From an uncultured Gemmatimonadaceae bacterium (GTDB lineage Bacteria > Gemmatimonadota > Gemmatimonadetes > Gemmatimonadales > Gemmatimonadaceae): a stretch of DNA of 64,000 bases. The notes under the pieces were generated by a model. The model searched no databases and had not been told where the DNA came from. It was given only the letters and a program-made list of their open reading frames with translations. Below are positions 53,384 to 63,143 of the stretch, one piece after another. The number at the start of each line of letters is the position of its first letter. Within the stretch, counting starts at the first letter, position 1. Location: NCBI GenBank assembly GCA_963829055.1, contig CAWHHI010000016.1, forward strand, positions 992,001 through 1,056,000, in the 5' to 3' direction. The position numbers and the translations under genes are program-made.

Positions 53384-53648
53384 GATCGAGCCCTCAGTAG
53401 CTTTGAAAGATAGCCAACAAATATATTCGGTCTCAGCCGCAAAAGACAAGGCGACAATGACTTGCCGCCCGACCGCGGCGTCAGTCCAGTCGCCGATGTA
53501 ATGGCGAGGGGGGCTGGGCGCGTGAGGCCGCGTCGCATTTATTCGTGACGCGGCGCCGCTGTCGGCGTCCATCCAGCGAATGCCAACTCGGTACGCGACT
53601 GCCGTTCGGGCGGCGCCGACGGGTCCTCTTCTCGGAGCAATCTCACTG

Positions 53649-54323
53649 ATGGAGATATCCAACTTCCTGCGGACAGTTCCGCTCTTCACCAAGCTCGACG
53701 ACGCGGAGCTACAGCGCTTTGCGGAGCTGACTCGCGAGAAGAACTATCCGAAGGGCAGCGTCATTCTGTTCGAGGACGATCCGGGAGATTCCCTGTTCAT
53801 TGTCCGCGACGGACGGGTCAAGGTCGTACTCGTCGGGGAGGACGGACGCGAGGTGATCCTCGGCGTCCTCGGACCGGGCGAACACTTCGGCGAGCTCTCG
53901 TTGATCGACGAGCAGCCGCGCTCGGCACACGTGATCGCGATGGAAGACACCAACGTACTCGTCCTCCGCAGCGACGACTTCCGTCGCCGGGTCGAGGCGA
54001 ATCCGGCGGTGGCCTGGGTGCTCATGCAGGAACTGTCGCGGCGACTTCGTCGAGCGGACGGCAAGATCCACGGACTGGCGTTGCTCGACGTGCCGGGGCG
54101 GATCGCGCGCCTGCTGCTCGACTTCGCGTCCGACGACAACGGCGACAAGATCGAGAAGCCGCTGACGCACCAGACGATCGCGCACATGATCGGGGCGAGC
54201 CGTGAGACTGTGTCGCGCACGATGCGAGACTTCCAGAACCAGGGCTGGATCAATGTCGAGCGCCGTCGCATTGCGCTCGCCGATCGGACGGCGTTGAAGC
54301 GCTGCGCGCAGGCACGCGTGTAG
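53649..54323 (+). CDS. Crp/Fnr family transcriptional regulator
   Basis: VPLF, FGELSL..PRSA (cNMP-binding cassette), [18 protein letters not shown] (HTH). Confidence 0.93.
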   Translation: MEISNFLRTVPLFTKLDDAELQRFAELTREKNYPKGSVILFEDDPGDSLFIVRDGRVKVVLVGEDGREVILGVLGPGEHFGELSLIDEQPRSAHVIAMEDTNVLVLRSDDFRRRVEANPAVAWVLMQELSRRLRRADGKIHGLALLDVPGRIARLLLDFASDDNGDKIEKPLTHQTIAHMIGASRETVSRTMRDFQNQGWINVERRRIALADRTALKRCAQARV

Positions 54324-54328
54324 CGACG

Positions 54329-54428
54329 GGGAAGAGGGACTGGGGAATGGGGACTCGGCGCTCCTTGTCGGCGAGAGCGCCTACCTCGGTGCCGTATTTC
54401 CCAGTCTCCTGTCCCTAGTCCCACTCCC
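54329..54428. repeat. Inverted pair of G-tract heptamer repeats
   Basis: GGGAAGA GGGACTG GGGAATG GGGACTC (54329-56) and degenerate complementary copies at 54396-54428. Confidence 0.8.
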
Positions 54429-54435
54429 GGTTCAG

Positions 54436-55320
54436 ATGTCCTTTCGCCTCCGCTTCTGGGGCACACGCGGATCCATTCCGAGCCCCGGCCCGGCGACGGT
54501 CCGTTACGGCGGAAACACGCCGTCGATCGAAGTCCGGACGCCGAGCGGATCGCTTGTGCTGCTCGATGCGGGCACCGGGATTCGGGAGCTTGGTCGCGCC
54601 CTGATCGCGCGCGCGAACGGCGCACCGATCACTGGCGACATTTACCTGACGCACGCCCACTGGGATCACATCCAGGGCTTCCCCTTCTTCGCGCCGGCCT
54701 TTCAGCGCGGGAACCGGTTCACGATCTGGGGAACGAAATCTCTCGCCGCGAGCATTCGCCGCGTCGTCCGCGATCAGATGTCGCCAGTCGTGTTCCCCGT
54801 CGCGTTCGAAGAGCTGGCGGCGACGTTCGATTTTCGCGAGCTGATCGATGAGCAGCACGTGTCGGACGGGTTCGATGTGCGTGCCTTCTCGGTCCGCCAT
54901 CCCGGCGGCGCGTTAGGCTACCGGTTCACATCGCGTAACGCCGACAACACCGACGACGGGTCTGCGTTCGTGTACATCTCCGACAACGAGCTGCGCGACA
55001 GAGACGCGTCACCGAGCGCGGACCGCTGGCGCTCGAAGCTGGTGGAGTTCATCCGCGGTGCGCGTGTGCTCATTCACGACGCGACATACACCGAGGACGA
55101 GTACGAGACACACCGTGGTTGGGGGCACTCGACGTACGGTGACGCCGTGGCGCTCGCGCTCGAGTGCGGCGTCGAAACGCTGGTCCTGTTCCACCACAGC
55201 CCTGACCGCAGCGACGACGAGCTGGATGCACGCCTTACAGAGTGCCGCGCCGCGTGCGCCCAGTCCGGCCGGACGCTGCGCATCATCGCGGCGGCCGAAG
55301 GGATGGAGCTGGACGTCTAA
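54436..55320 (+). CDS. MBL-fold metallo-hydrolase (phosphodiesterase-like)
   Basis: FWGTRGSIP, YGGNT, DAGTG, THAHWDHIQG, HPGG, GWGHS, FHHSP. Confidence 0.9.
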   Translation: MSFRLRFWGTRGSIPSPGPATVRYGGNTPSIEVRTPSGSLVLLDAGTGIRELGRALIARANGAPITGDIYLTHAHWDHIQGFPFFAPAFQRGNRFTIWGTKSLAASIRRVVRDQMSPVVFPVAFEELAATFDFRELIDEQHVSDGFDVRAFSVRHPGGALGYRFTSRNADNTDDGSAFVYISDNELRDRDASPSADRWRSKLVEFIRGARVLIHDATYTEDEYETHRGWGHSTYGDAVALALECGVETLVLFHHSPDRSDDELDARLTECRAACAQSGRTLRIIAAAEGMELDV

Positions 55321-55340
55321 CTCGCACGACCGTGTGGTCG

Positions 55341-56880
55341 TTAGGCTCCCCAGCCTCCGCCACCGGGTGTCATGATGGTGATCACGTCACCCGCCTGCAA
55401 CTGGAGCCGGCATTTGGCCGGAATCAGCGCGCCCGTTCAACTGATTGACCCCAGGCAACCCCGGCGACCCGCCCGCCGCGCCCTGCGGCGCGTGGCGCCT
55501 TCGCTCCGTCAATAACGTGACCGTGCAGGGCTCGAGGACGCGGTAGCGACGCACGATCCCATCGCCGCCGCGGTGCGCGCCGGCACCGCCGGAGTCGCGG
55601 CGGATCGCGTACTCGTCAACGCGAATGGGATACGCATGCTCGAGCGCTTCGATCGGCGTGTTGCGGGTGTTGCTCATGCCCACGTGGACGGCGCTCGGAC
55701 CCGGGCCGCGTGGGCCGCCGCCCTGACCGCCGCCCAGCGTTTCGTAGAACGTCCAGCCGGAACCGCCGAACGTGATGTTGTTCATCGTTCCCTGCCCTTG
55801 CGCGGGCACGGGAACCGCCGCTGCGCCTAACGCAGCGAAGATGGTGTCGGTGATGCGCTGCGACATCTCGACGTTCCCCGCGGCAACGGCGGACGGCCAG
55901 CGGGCGTCGATGGCGCAACCCGGCGGGATGACGAGATCCAGCGCGTCGGCGATGCCGTCGTTCGTGGGGACATCGTCATCGAGCAGCGTGCGCAGCACGA
56001 ACACACTCGCCGCACGCGTCACCGAGCGCGGACAGTTCACGTTGCCGCGGACTGCAGGCGAGGTTCCTGTGAAGTCGAGACGGAGCTTGCCATCGCGCAC
56101 CGAGACGGCGACCGAGACGCCAATGTCGTCGTCGGTCACACCGTCGCCTTCCAGCGCGTCGCGGGCGACGCCGTGAATGTCGCCCAACTCCGCCACGCGC
56201 GCCAACGCACGACGACGCGTGTACTCGAGCAGCGCGTCGCACGCGGCGCCCAGGTGGTCGGCGCCCTCGCGCGTCCGAAGTGCGATCCAGCCGTCTCGGC
56301 CCGCCGCACACGCCGCGCGTTGCGCCGCGAGATCACCGCGCCGCTCGTCGGGCGTACGAACGTTCGCCAGCACCAGGCGCATCACGTCGTCGACGGCAAC
56401 GCCACGTCGCTCGATGCGAACCGGCGGCACGATGATGCCTTCCTGAAACAGCTCGGTCGCGCCCTGCGGCATGCTGCCGGGACTCAAACCACCGACGTCC
56501 GCGTGGTGCGCCCGCACGGCGGCGAAGGCAACGACCTCGCCATCGACGCCGATGGCCTCGACCATCGTGAGGTCAGGCAGGTGCGAGCCGCCAGCGTATG
56601 GATCGTTGAGCAGGAACACGTCGCCCGACTCAGGCGAGCGAGCCATCACGGCGCGCACGGACTCAGGCATGGCGCCGAGGTGCACCGGAATGTGCGCGGC
56701 CTGGGCGATCATTCGTCCGCGCGCGTCGAACAGTGCTGACGATGCGTCGCGACGCTCGCGAATGTTCGGCGAGAGCGCACCTCGCTCGAGCACCGCGCCC
56801 ATCTCCTCGGCGATCATGGACACCGCATGGGAGACGACCATGAGCGCGAGCGGATCGAACCCTGCGCGTTCGTTGCTCAT
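55341..56880 (-). CDS. Hydantoinase B / 5-oxoprolinase subunit (indel near 55425)
   Basis: SPNIRERRD, HIPVHLG, NDPYAGGSHLPD, HHADVGG, NTPIE; true C-terminus GDVITIMTPGGGGWGA* lies in another frame. Confidence 0.92.
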
Positions 56881-58848
56881 GGCGCGCGCTCCATCACCCA
56901 ACCGCCGGTCGGCAACGACCGCGCCTGCCATCCACTGGCGACGAGAAGCGTGGCATCTGGCAAACCAATGGTAGAGCGCCCACGCACGACGACGTCGATC
57001 ACGCCACCGTCATCGCGCGAATCAGGGCCCCACACCGCCGTGCCTCGCCGGCCGAGCCTAACGTCATGCATGCCGGTGGACGCGGTGCATCGCGCACTCA
57101 CAACCTCGACGGGCCGGTCGAGCGTGAAACCGTAGCGTTCCCGATGCCGCTCGGCGAACGTCTCACCTACGGACGCTGGACGCGCGTCAGGCGCGAACGG
57201 GACGTCCAGCTCGTGGCCCTGTCCGACGTAGCGAGCGCGCACGACCCAGTTGAGCACGACGCCGTTGTCGCTCGGTCCGTGCTGTACACCCGAGGCCCGC
57301 GCCGCGAGCGTTGTCGCGAGCGCGCGGACATCCGCATCGCTCATATCGGCGATGCGACGCATGACGCTCGTCGCCGACGTCCGCCGGCTCGGCGCGATCG
57401 CGAGCCCGAGCGCGCTCAACACGCCCGCGTGAGGCGGGACGATCACACGCCGGATGTCGAGACGATCCGCGAGGCCGCAGGCGTGGAGCGGGCCGCCACC
57501 ACCGAACGCGATGAGCGCGCAGTGCCGTGGGTCGATGCCGCGCTCGACGCTCACGCGCCGCAGCGCGCGCGCCATGGACGCGTCGGCAATCGCGATGATG
57601 GCATCGGCGGTCGCCGCGCGGGTCGCGCCAATGCGCCCGGCGAGCGCATCGATGGCCGCGATGGCGCCGGTGACGTCGAGCTCCACGCCGTCGCTCATGA
57701 CCGTCGCCGCAATGTTACCGAGCGCGATGTGCGCGTCGGTGACGGTGGGTTGCGTTCCTCCGCGTCGAAACGCGACCGGCCCTGGACGGGCGCCGGCGCT
57801 TCTCGGACCTACGCGGAGCGCACCGCCATCGTCGACCCACGCGAGGCTACCGCCACCCGCGGACACCGTCTCGACCAGCACGCGTGGGAGCGCGATGGGA
57901 ACGCCGGCGACCGATCCACCGACCTCGAGCAACGGCTCGCCGTGCAGGACGAGTCCGACGTCGGCGCTCGTGCCGCCGATATCGATCGTGAGCGCCTGGT
58001 CGATGCCTAACGTCCGCGCGATGTACGCGGCACCGGTCACGCCGCCGGCCGGCCCTGAGAGCGCGAGCGACGCGCCACTCGACGCGGCCTCCGCGGCTGG
58101 TGCGGTACCGCCGCTGGACGACATCACGCTCGGCGCCGGAAACCCCGCGGCCTCGAGCCGAGTCGCGAGGTGGGCGACGTAGCGACCGACGCCCGGGCGC
58201 ACGTAGGCCTCGCAGACGGTGGTGGCGGTGCGCTCATATTCACGGATCTCGGGCAGGACGTCGGACGAGCAGACGACGTCGCACGTGAGCGATCGCGCCG
58301 CGAGCACGTCCGCGAGCGCGGACGCGACCATACGTTCGTGCAGTGGATTCGCGTACGCGTGCAGCAGCGAGACGGCCACGACATCGGGCGAAAGCTCGGC
58401 GACACGCGTCCGCGACGTCCCTGGCCACCGCTTCCGTGAGCGGGAGCAGCACGCCCTCGGGTGCAATGCGTTCGGCGACGCCGACGACGCGATCGGGCGG
58501 CACGAGCGACGGCGGGTGGTGGACGGAAAGGTCGTACAGACCCGCACGCTCCTGTCGGCGGAGCTCGAGCAGGTCGGTGGCGCCGGCCGTCGCGCACAAC
58601 ACCACACGCGCGCCGGTGCGTTCCAGCAGCATGTTCGTGACGACCGTCGTGCCGTGTACGATCCGCGATACTCGCGGTGCGTCGCCGGGAAGAGCGCGCA
58701 GCGCCGTATCTACCGCTTCGCTCTGATCGCCCGGCGTGCTCGAGACTTTGTACGCGATGACCGAACCGTCGTCAGCGATCGCGACGAGGTCGGTGAATGT
58801 GCCACCGACGTCGACACCCAGGGATAGTCCGCCGGACTGTTCGGTCAC
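56877..58848 (-). CDS. Hydantoinase A / 5-oxoprolinase subunit (indel near 58400)
   Basis: GVDVGGTFTD, HGTT, EIREYER, SGPAGG, DIGGTS, GPRSAGA, PTVTDA, FGGGGPLH. Confidence 0.92.
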
Positions 58849-60192
58849 GCGGCTGATCGCGATACGACCCGTCGCGATGCGGTGCTGCGTCGCGGCGCGC
58901 CCGCGCGCTGCGCCGTCAGCTCGGCGACGGCCCATGCGAGCACCAGATTCGCCGGCAACGCCAGTGCGATCACGGCGCCGTTCTCCTGATTGAACCACGG
59001 CAGCAGCTGCATCGCCAGACCAAGCAGCGACACGACGGCGATCACTCGGGTCAGCGTTAGGGCCGCGCCAACAGCGCGGCCGCGAGCGATCGCGAGCGGC
59101 AGCACCACCGCCAGGATCAACGACAGCGGATCGAACTGCAGGATGTTCTCGTTGTGGCCGATGAAGATGTGACGGGTCGCGGTCCACGCGATGACGAGTG
59201 CCACACCAAGAATGCCACTGATCGCAGCCCATATCGTGGCGATGGTCGTGAACGCGATTCTCGCCACGCGCCTGCCGGCGAGCGCGGCGCGCGCGAGCAA
59301 CGCGAGCAGCGCGGCAATCACGGCACCTATGACGAGATTGCGGACCATCTGGTCCGGCGGGCTCGCTGGCAGTGCGGGCCGCTGCGCGGCAAACAACTGC
59401 TGCTCGTTCCTGACGAGCGGATGCGTGGTGCCGTCCGCGGATTTCACCTGCAGCGAGCGAACCTGCTCCTGGAGCTGCTCGGGCAGAAACGCTGTTTCCC
59501 ACGCACTGATCGGTCGATCCGCGAGCTCGCCCAGCGCGACGTTCGTCGCGAGCCCAACGACGCCTTCCGGCGCCAGCGCTCGCTGGGTGTGGAAGCGGTA
59601 CGTCGTATTCGTTAGGCGGGCCGTCAACGCGGTCTTGAGCTGCCCCCCCACGGCGCGGTCGATGATGTCACGCACGCGCGTCGAGCAGTTGTCGAGGTAG
59701 TAGTCGTACCGGTAGTAGCGGTGCTCGGGTTGCGCGTTCCAGGCGATGAAGTCGCGCACGGCGGCACGCTCGGCCGGCGTGAAGTCGAGCTCCTGCACCC
59801 ACATCGAGCGGTTGTAATAGCGATAGGCGGCGACCGTCTCCGCCATCCCGTCACTCTGCAACCAGTACTCGGTGTTCCCCGTCATGAACCGGCCAATGAA
59901 GTTCGGCTGCGCGAAGTCGAACGTCCCCCAGTTGTACACGCTGTCGGTGCCGCGTGAGGCATCGACGATGCGAATCGCGTTATGCCCGAACCGTTCCCAC
60001 ACTGGATCGCCGGGACCCATGGTCATGAGATAGATGGTCAGTTCGGAACCTGGGGGCTGGGGACTGGGGACTGGGGGCTGGGGAGCTGGCCGCCCCCCGC
60101 CGTTCGGTTCCCGGTTCCCGGTTCCCTGTTCCCTGCGCTTGCGCCCCCAGCGCGCTCGCGAGAAACGAAGCGAGTAGTACAACAGACTTCAA
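58845..60192 (-). CDS. DUF4105 (Lnb-like lipoprotein N-acyltransferase) membrane protein; frame break near or within internal heptamer repeats
   Basis: FGHNAI, YNWGTFDF, YRYDYYLDNCSTR, FLP, C-terminal TM helices; signal peptide MKSVVLLA... is in another frame. Confidence 0.85.
60051..60135. repeat. Intragenic inverted heptamer repeats
   Basis: On the minus strand, GGGAAC(A/C) x4 followed by about 5 CCCCAG(T/C)-like units. Confidence 0.85.
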
Positions 60193-61190
60193 AATCTCAC
60201 CTCTTTCCCCTCGTCGGCCGATCGATACGCGGCTTCGATGACCTTGTGGAGCACAAGCTGATCGGACGGCGCTTCATACGGCGTTTCGTCGCGGACCACC
60301 GACAGAAAGTGCGCGAGCTCTGCACGGTACGACTGATTGAACGAGCTCTCGCGCGCGGCGGCGCCGCCGGGGGACACGTCAGTCGGCTTCCCGTTGAGCT
60401 CCTTCACCACGCGTAACGGCGCGAGGCGCGCGCTGCCGCGCGACGAGAGCGTCTCGAACCACCATCGCTCTTCATAGCCGACGTACGCCCACGAGATGTC
60501 GAACGTGAACGCCACGCCCGTTTCGCACTCGAGCGTTACCAGCGCTGATTCTTCGACGGCGTTTCCGCGCGGCCGGTCCATGTGCGCCCAGACGCGGACC
60601 GGCGCCGGATAGTCCGCAAGCCACATCGCCAGATCGACCATCGGTAGGCCCTGATCGAAGAACGCGCCACCACCGGCCTCGGCGCGTCGCGCTCGCCATC
60701 CTTCGTGGCGAATGCGCGGCTGATACACGCCAGCGCGGATGCCCGTCAGCTTCCCGAGCTCACCGCCACGGAGAAAGCGGTCGAGCGCCTGCACGTCCGA
60801 TCGGAACCGGTGGTTGTTCGCGACGAAGACTTTGCGGTCCACGCGATTCGCTGCCGCGAGAATGCGCTCGACGCCTCGTGCCGTGAGCGACAGCGGCCGC
60901 TCGCACAACACGTGAACCTTCGCGGCGAGCGCGGCGAGCACGTGTGGCTCGTGCAGGTGGTTCGGCGTCGCGACGACCACCGCATCGAGCTCATCGAACT
61001 CGAGCAGGTCCTCAATGTCGGTGAAGACATCGGGAACGTCGAAGCGATCGGCGAGTGCCCGTGCCTTCGGGCGGTCGTTATCGCATAACGCGACGAGCTG
61101 CGCGCCGCGCATCTTCGACAAGAGCGGCAGGTGTGCGAGCTGCGCGATCGCTCCCGCACCAACAACACCAACTCGAATATTCGGGTTCAT
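60189..61190 (-). CDS. Gfo/Idh/MocA family oxidoreductase
   Basis: GVVGAGAIA, VATPNHLH, HVLCERP, GGGAFFD. Confidence 0.9.
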   Translation of the reverse strand: MNPNIRVGVVGAGAIAQLAHLPLLSKMRGAQLVALCDNDRPKARALADRFDVPDVFTDIEDLLEFDELDAVVVATPNHLHEPHVLAALAAKVHVLCERPLSLTARGVERILAAANRVDRKVFVANNHRFRSDVQALDRFLRGGELGKLTGIRAGVYQPRIRHEGWRARRAEAGGGAFFDQGLPMVDLAMWLADYPAPVRVWAHMDRPRGNAVEESALVTLECETGVAFTFDISWAYVGYEERWWFETLSSRGSARLAPLRVVKELNGKPTDVSPGGAAARESSFNQSYRAELAHFLSVVRDETPYEAPSDQLVLHKVIEAAYRSADEGKEVRF

Positions 61191-61876
61191 CGATTGCGCC
61201 GCGGGTTGTCGAAGTAGTAGTTCGCGCCGAATCGCAGCGAGCCGAAACGCGCAAGACTCAGGAAATCGTAGCGCGCTTGTGCGTCGATCGCGATGTGCGG
61301 CATGAGTCGAATGTTAGTGCCCGCGATTCCGGCGACGCCAATGGCGATGATGTCCGTCGCGCGTTCCACGAACGTGCCGTCGATGAGTCGCCCGTCGGCG
61401 TTCACGATATGCGCGCCGATGCCGCCGCCAAGGTACGGCCGGATCCACGCGCTCGCGAAGAACATGCGCCTCGCGTCGGCGCCGAGTACGATGTCCGACA
61501 CGGTGATGTCGCCAAGCACCACCTCGGCATCCCCGGTCGGATCGGAAATCGCGCTCTGCAGCGAATCAGCGTACGCGCGTACGCTGGCGTCGGTAAAGCG
61601 CGATCCCCAGTACGTGGCGTTGAAGACGATATGCCAGCCGGGCGTGATCTCGCCGTAGTCGGCCTGCACCGAGTACGACGTCGTCGGCTCGATGCCATGC
61701 GGAGTGACGATGCCGACCTGCGCCCCCAGCGCACTGAAGCGGAGCTTGTCGATGCCCATCCGCTCGAGCCACGATCCCTCTGCCTGCGCGGAGAGCGGCC
61801 GTGCGGATACGCTCAGACCCACGAGCGCGAACGTCGCGACGATCGAGCGGTAGCGGTCAGTACGCGCGCGCGACAC
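61187..61876 (-). CDS. Small outer-membrane beta-barrel protein
   Basis: Signal peptide, RPYLGGGIG, C-terminal SLRFGANYYF. Confidence 0.7.
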   Translation of the reverse strand: MSRARTDRYRSIVATFALVGLSVSARPLSAQAEGSWLERMGIDKLRFSALGAQVGIVTPHGIEPTTSYSVQADYGEITPGWHIVFNATYWGSRFTDASVRAYADSLQSAISDPTGDAEVVLGDITVSDIVLGADARRMFFASAWIRPYLGGGIGAHIVNADGRLIDGTFVERATDIIAIGVAGIAGTNIRLMPHIAIDAQARYDFLSLARFGSLRFGANYYFDNPRRNR

Positions 61877-63140
61877 TGGTTCCGGGGAAATACGTGCTGA
61901 GAATGCTGCGGAAGTCCTGCCCGGCGCGCGCACGCCCGATGGCGCCCCACTGGCACATGCCGACGCCATGGCCGTAGCCGAGTCCTCGAATCGTGAGGCG
62001 TGCGAGACGTCCGTCCGGCGACGCGAGGACCTCGGGCGAAAAATACGTACTGTTGAGAAGCTCGCCACCCGGAGAGCGCAGCACATAACGAATGTCGTTC
62101 GCCTGGACACGGAAACGCCCCCGCGTCGTCTCGATAGCGATCGCGGCCACCCTGCCTGACGCAGTTCGACCTTCGACCGAGATGTCACGGACGTCGCCGA
62201 CCGGCCCCGCAGGTACCTGTGCGTACGCGCGCAAGTATCGACCGACGATGGCGGTCAACGAATCGCCGCGCCAACTTCGCTCCCACCGAAAACGCGGACC
62301 GATGTCGCAGTAGTAACGATCGCTTCCGGGAATGCGGTCGCTCACGCGCTGGAGAAACGGCTCGTTCCGCGAGCGCCAGATCTCCGCCGGCTCCGCGGTG
62401 CTGCCCCCGCAGGTGGAGTGATACGGCGCGCTCACCACTCGGCCGCCGTAGGAGAGCACGAGGCCCTCGGTTGCGAGGACCGCGGCGTCAGCGGCCGTAT
62501 TCTCGGCGTCCACGCCTCCGTAGACCTGATCGCTGGTGGTGGCGGTGACGTCGTAGGCGCGGGTACGATTGCCGAGTCGCGTGACGACGTAGCTGCGCGC
62601 GGCGACGGCCTGTGCTTCGAGCGCGGCATGATCAGCCGCTCCGCGCACTCCGAGCTCGCGCGGGACGACGCCTCGCAGGTATGCCTCGATCTGCACCTGA
62701 TTGACGACCTGCACACCCGAGTCGACTGGAGCGAACGAAAGCTCGCCGCGGTAGCGCTTCCCGTTGATCGACACGACGCCGCCGTTTACACGGGTCGCGA
62801 GCCGGAGCGGCGGCGCGGCCGCACTCGCTCTTTCGCCACTCAGGTCGATGCTCATCGACGCGTCGGCCGACGCGAGCGATGCGCGATCGCCCGAATCACC
62901 GCGGGCCACCACACGCCCGTCGCGATCGATGAGTTGCCACGCGGCTATCGCGGAGATCGCCGCGACGCGGCTGACCCCGAGCGAGACGCGAACCAACCGC
63001 GCGTCCACATTGCCTGGCGGCGGAGTCGGTGAGGCTGGCGTCGGTGGGACGTGCCGCGCGCACGCCGCCGTCGCAACAATGATCCCGACAACGAACCGAG
63101 TGGCGCGCGCGAGACTCGGAGCGCCGTGCAGCCGCCGCAT
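61857..63140 (-). CDS. SpoIID/LytB domain lipoprotein
   Basis: YRG, YLRGVVPRE, ALEAQAVAARSY, DQVYGG, YHSTCGG, GYGHGVGMCQWGA. Confidence 0.93.
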   Translation of the reverse strand: MRRLHGAPSLARATRFVVGIIVATAACARHVPPTPASPTPPPGNVDARLVRVSLGVSRVAAISAIAAWQLIDRDGRVVARGDSGDRASLASADASMSIDLSGERASAAAPPLRLATRVNGGVVSINGKRYRGELSFAPVDSGVQVVNQVQIEAYLRGVVPRELGVRGAADHAALEAQAVAARSYVVTRLGNRTRAYDVTATTSDQVYGGVDAENTAADAAVLATEGLVLSYGGRVVSAPYHSTCGGSTAEPAEIWRSRNEPFLQRVSDRIPGSDRYYCDIGPRFRWERSWRGDSLTAIVGRYLRAYAQVPAGPVGDVRDISVEGRTASGRVAAIAIETTRGRFRVQANDIRYVLRSPGGELLNSTYFSPEVLASPDGRLARLTIRGLGYGHGVGMCQWGAIGRARAGQDFRSILSTYFPGTSVARAY

Positions 63141-63143
63141 GGG

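Noticed and set aside
848..59616. CGTTAGG as telomeric TTAGG repeats or a restriction-site signature
   Set aside because: Copies are dispersed singly inside bacterial genes, not in tandem, and restriction sites are normally depleted rather than enriched.
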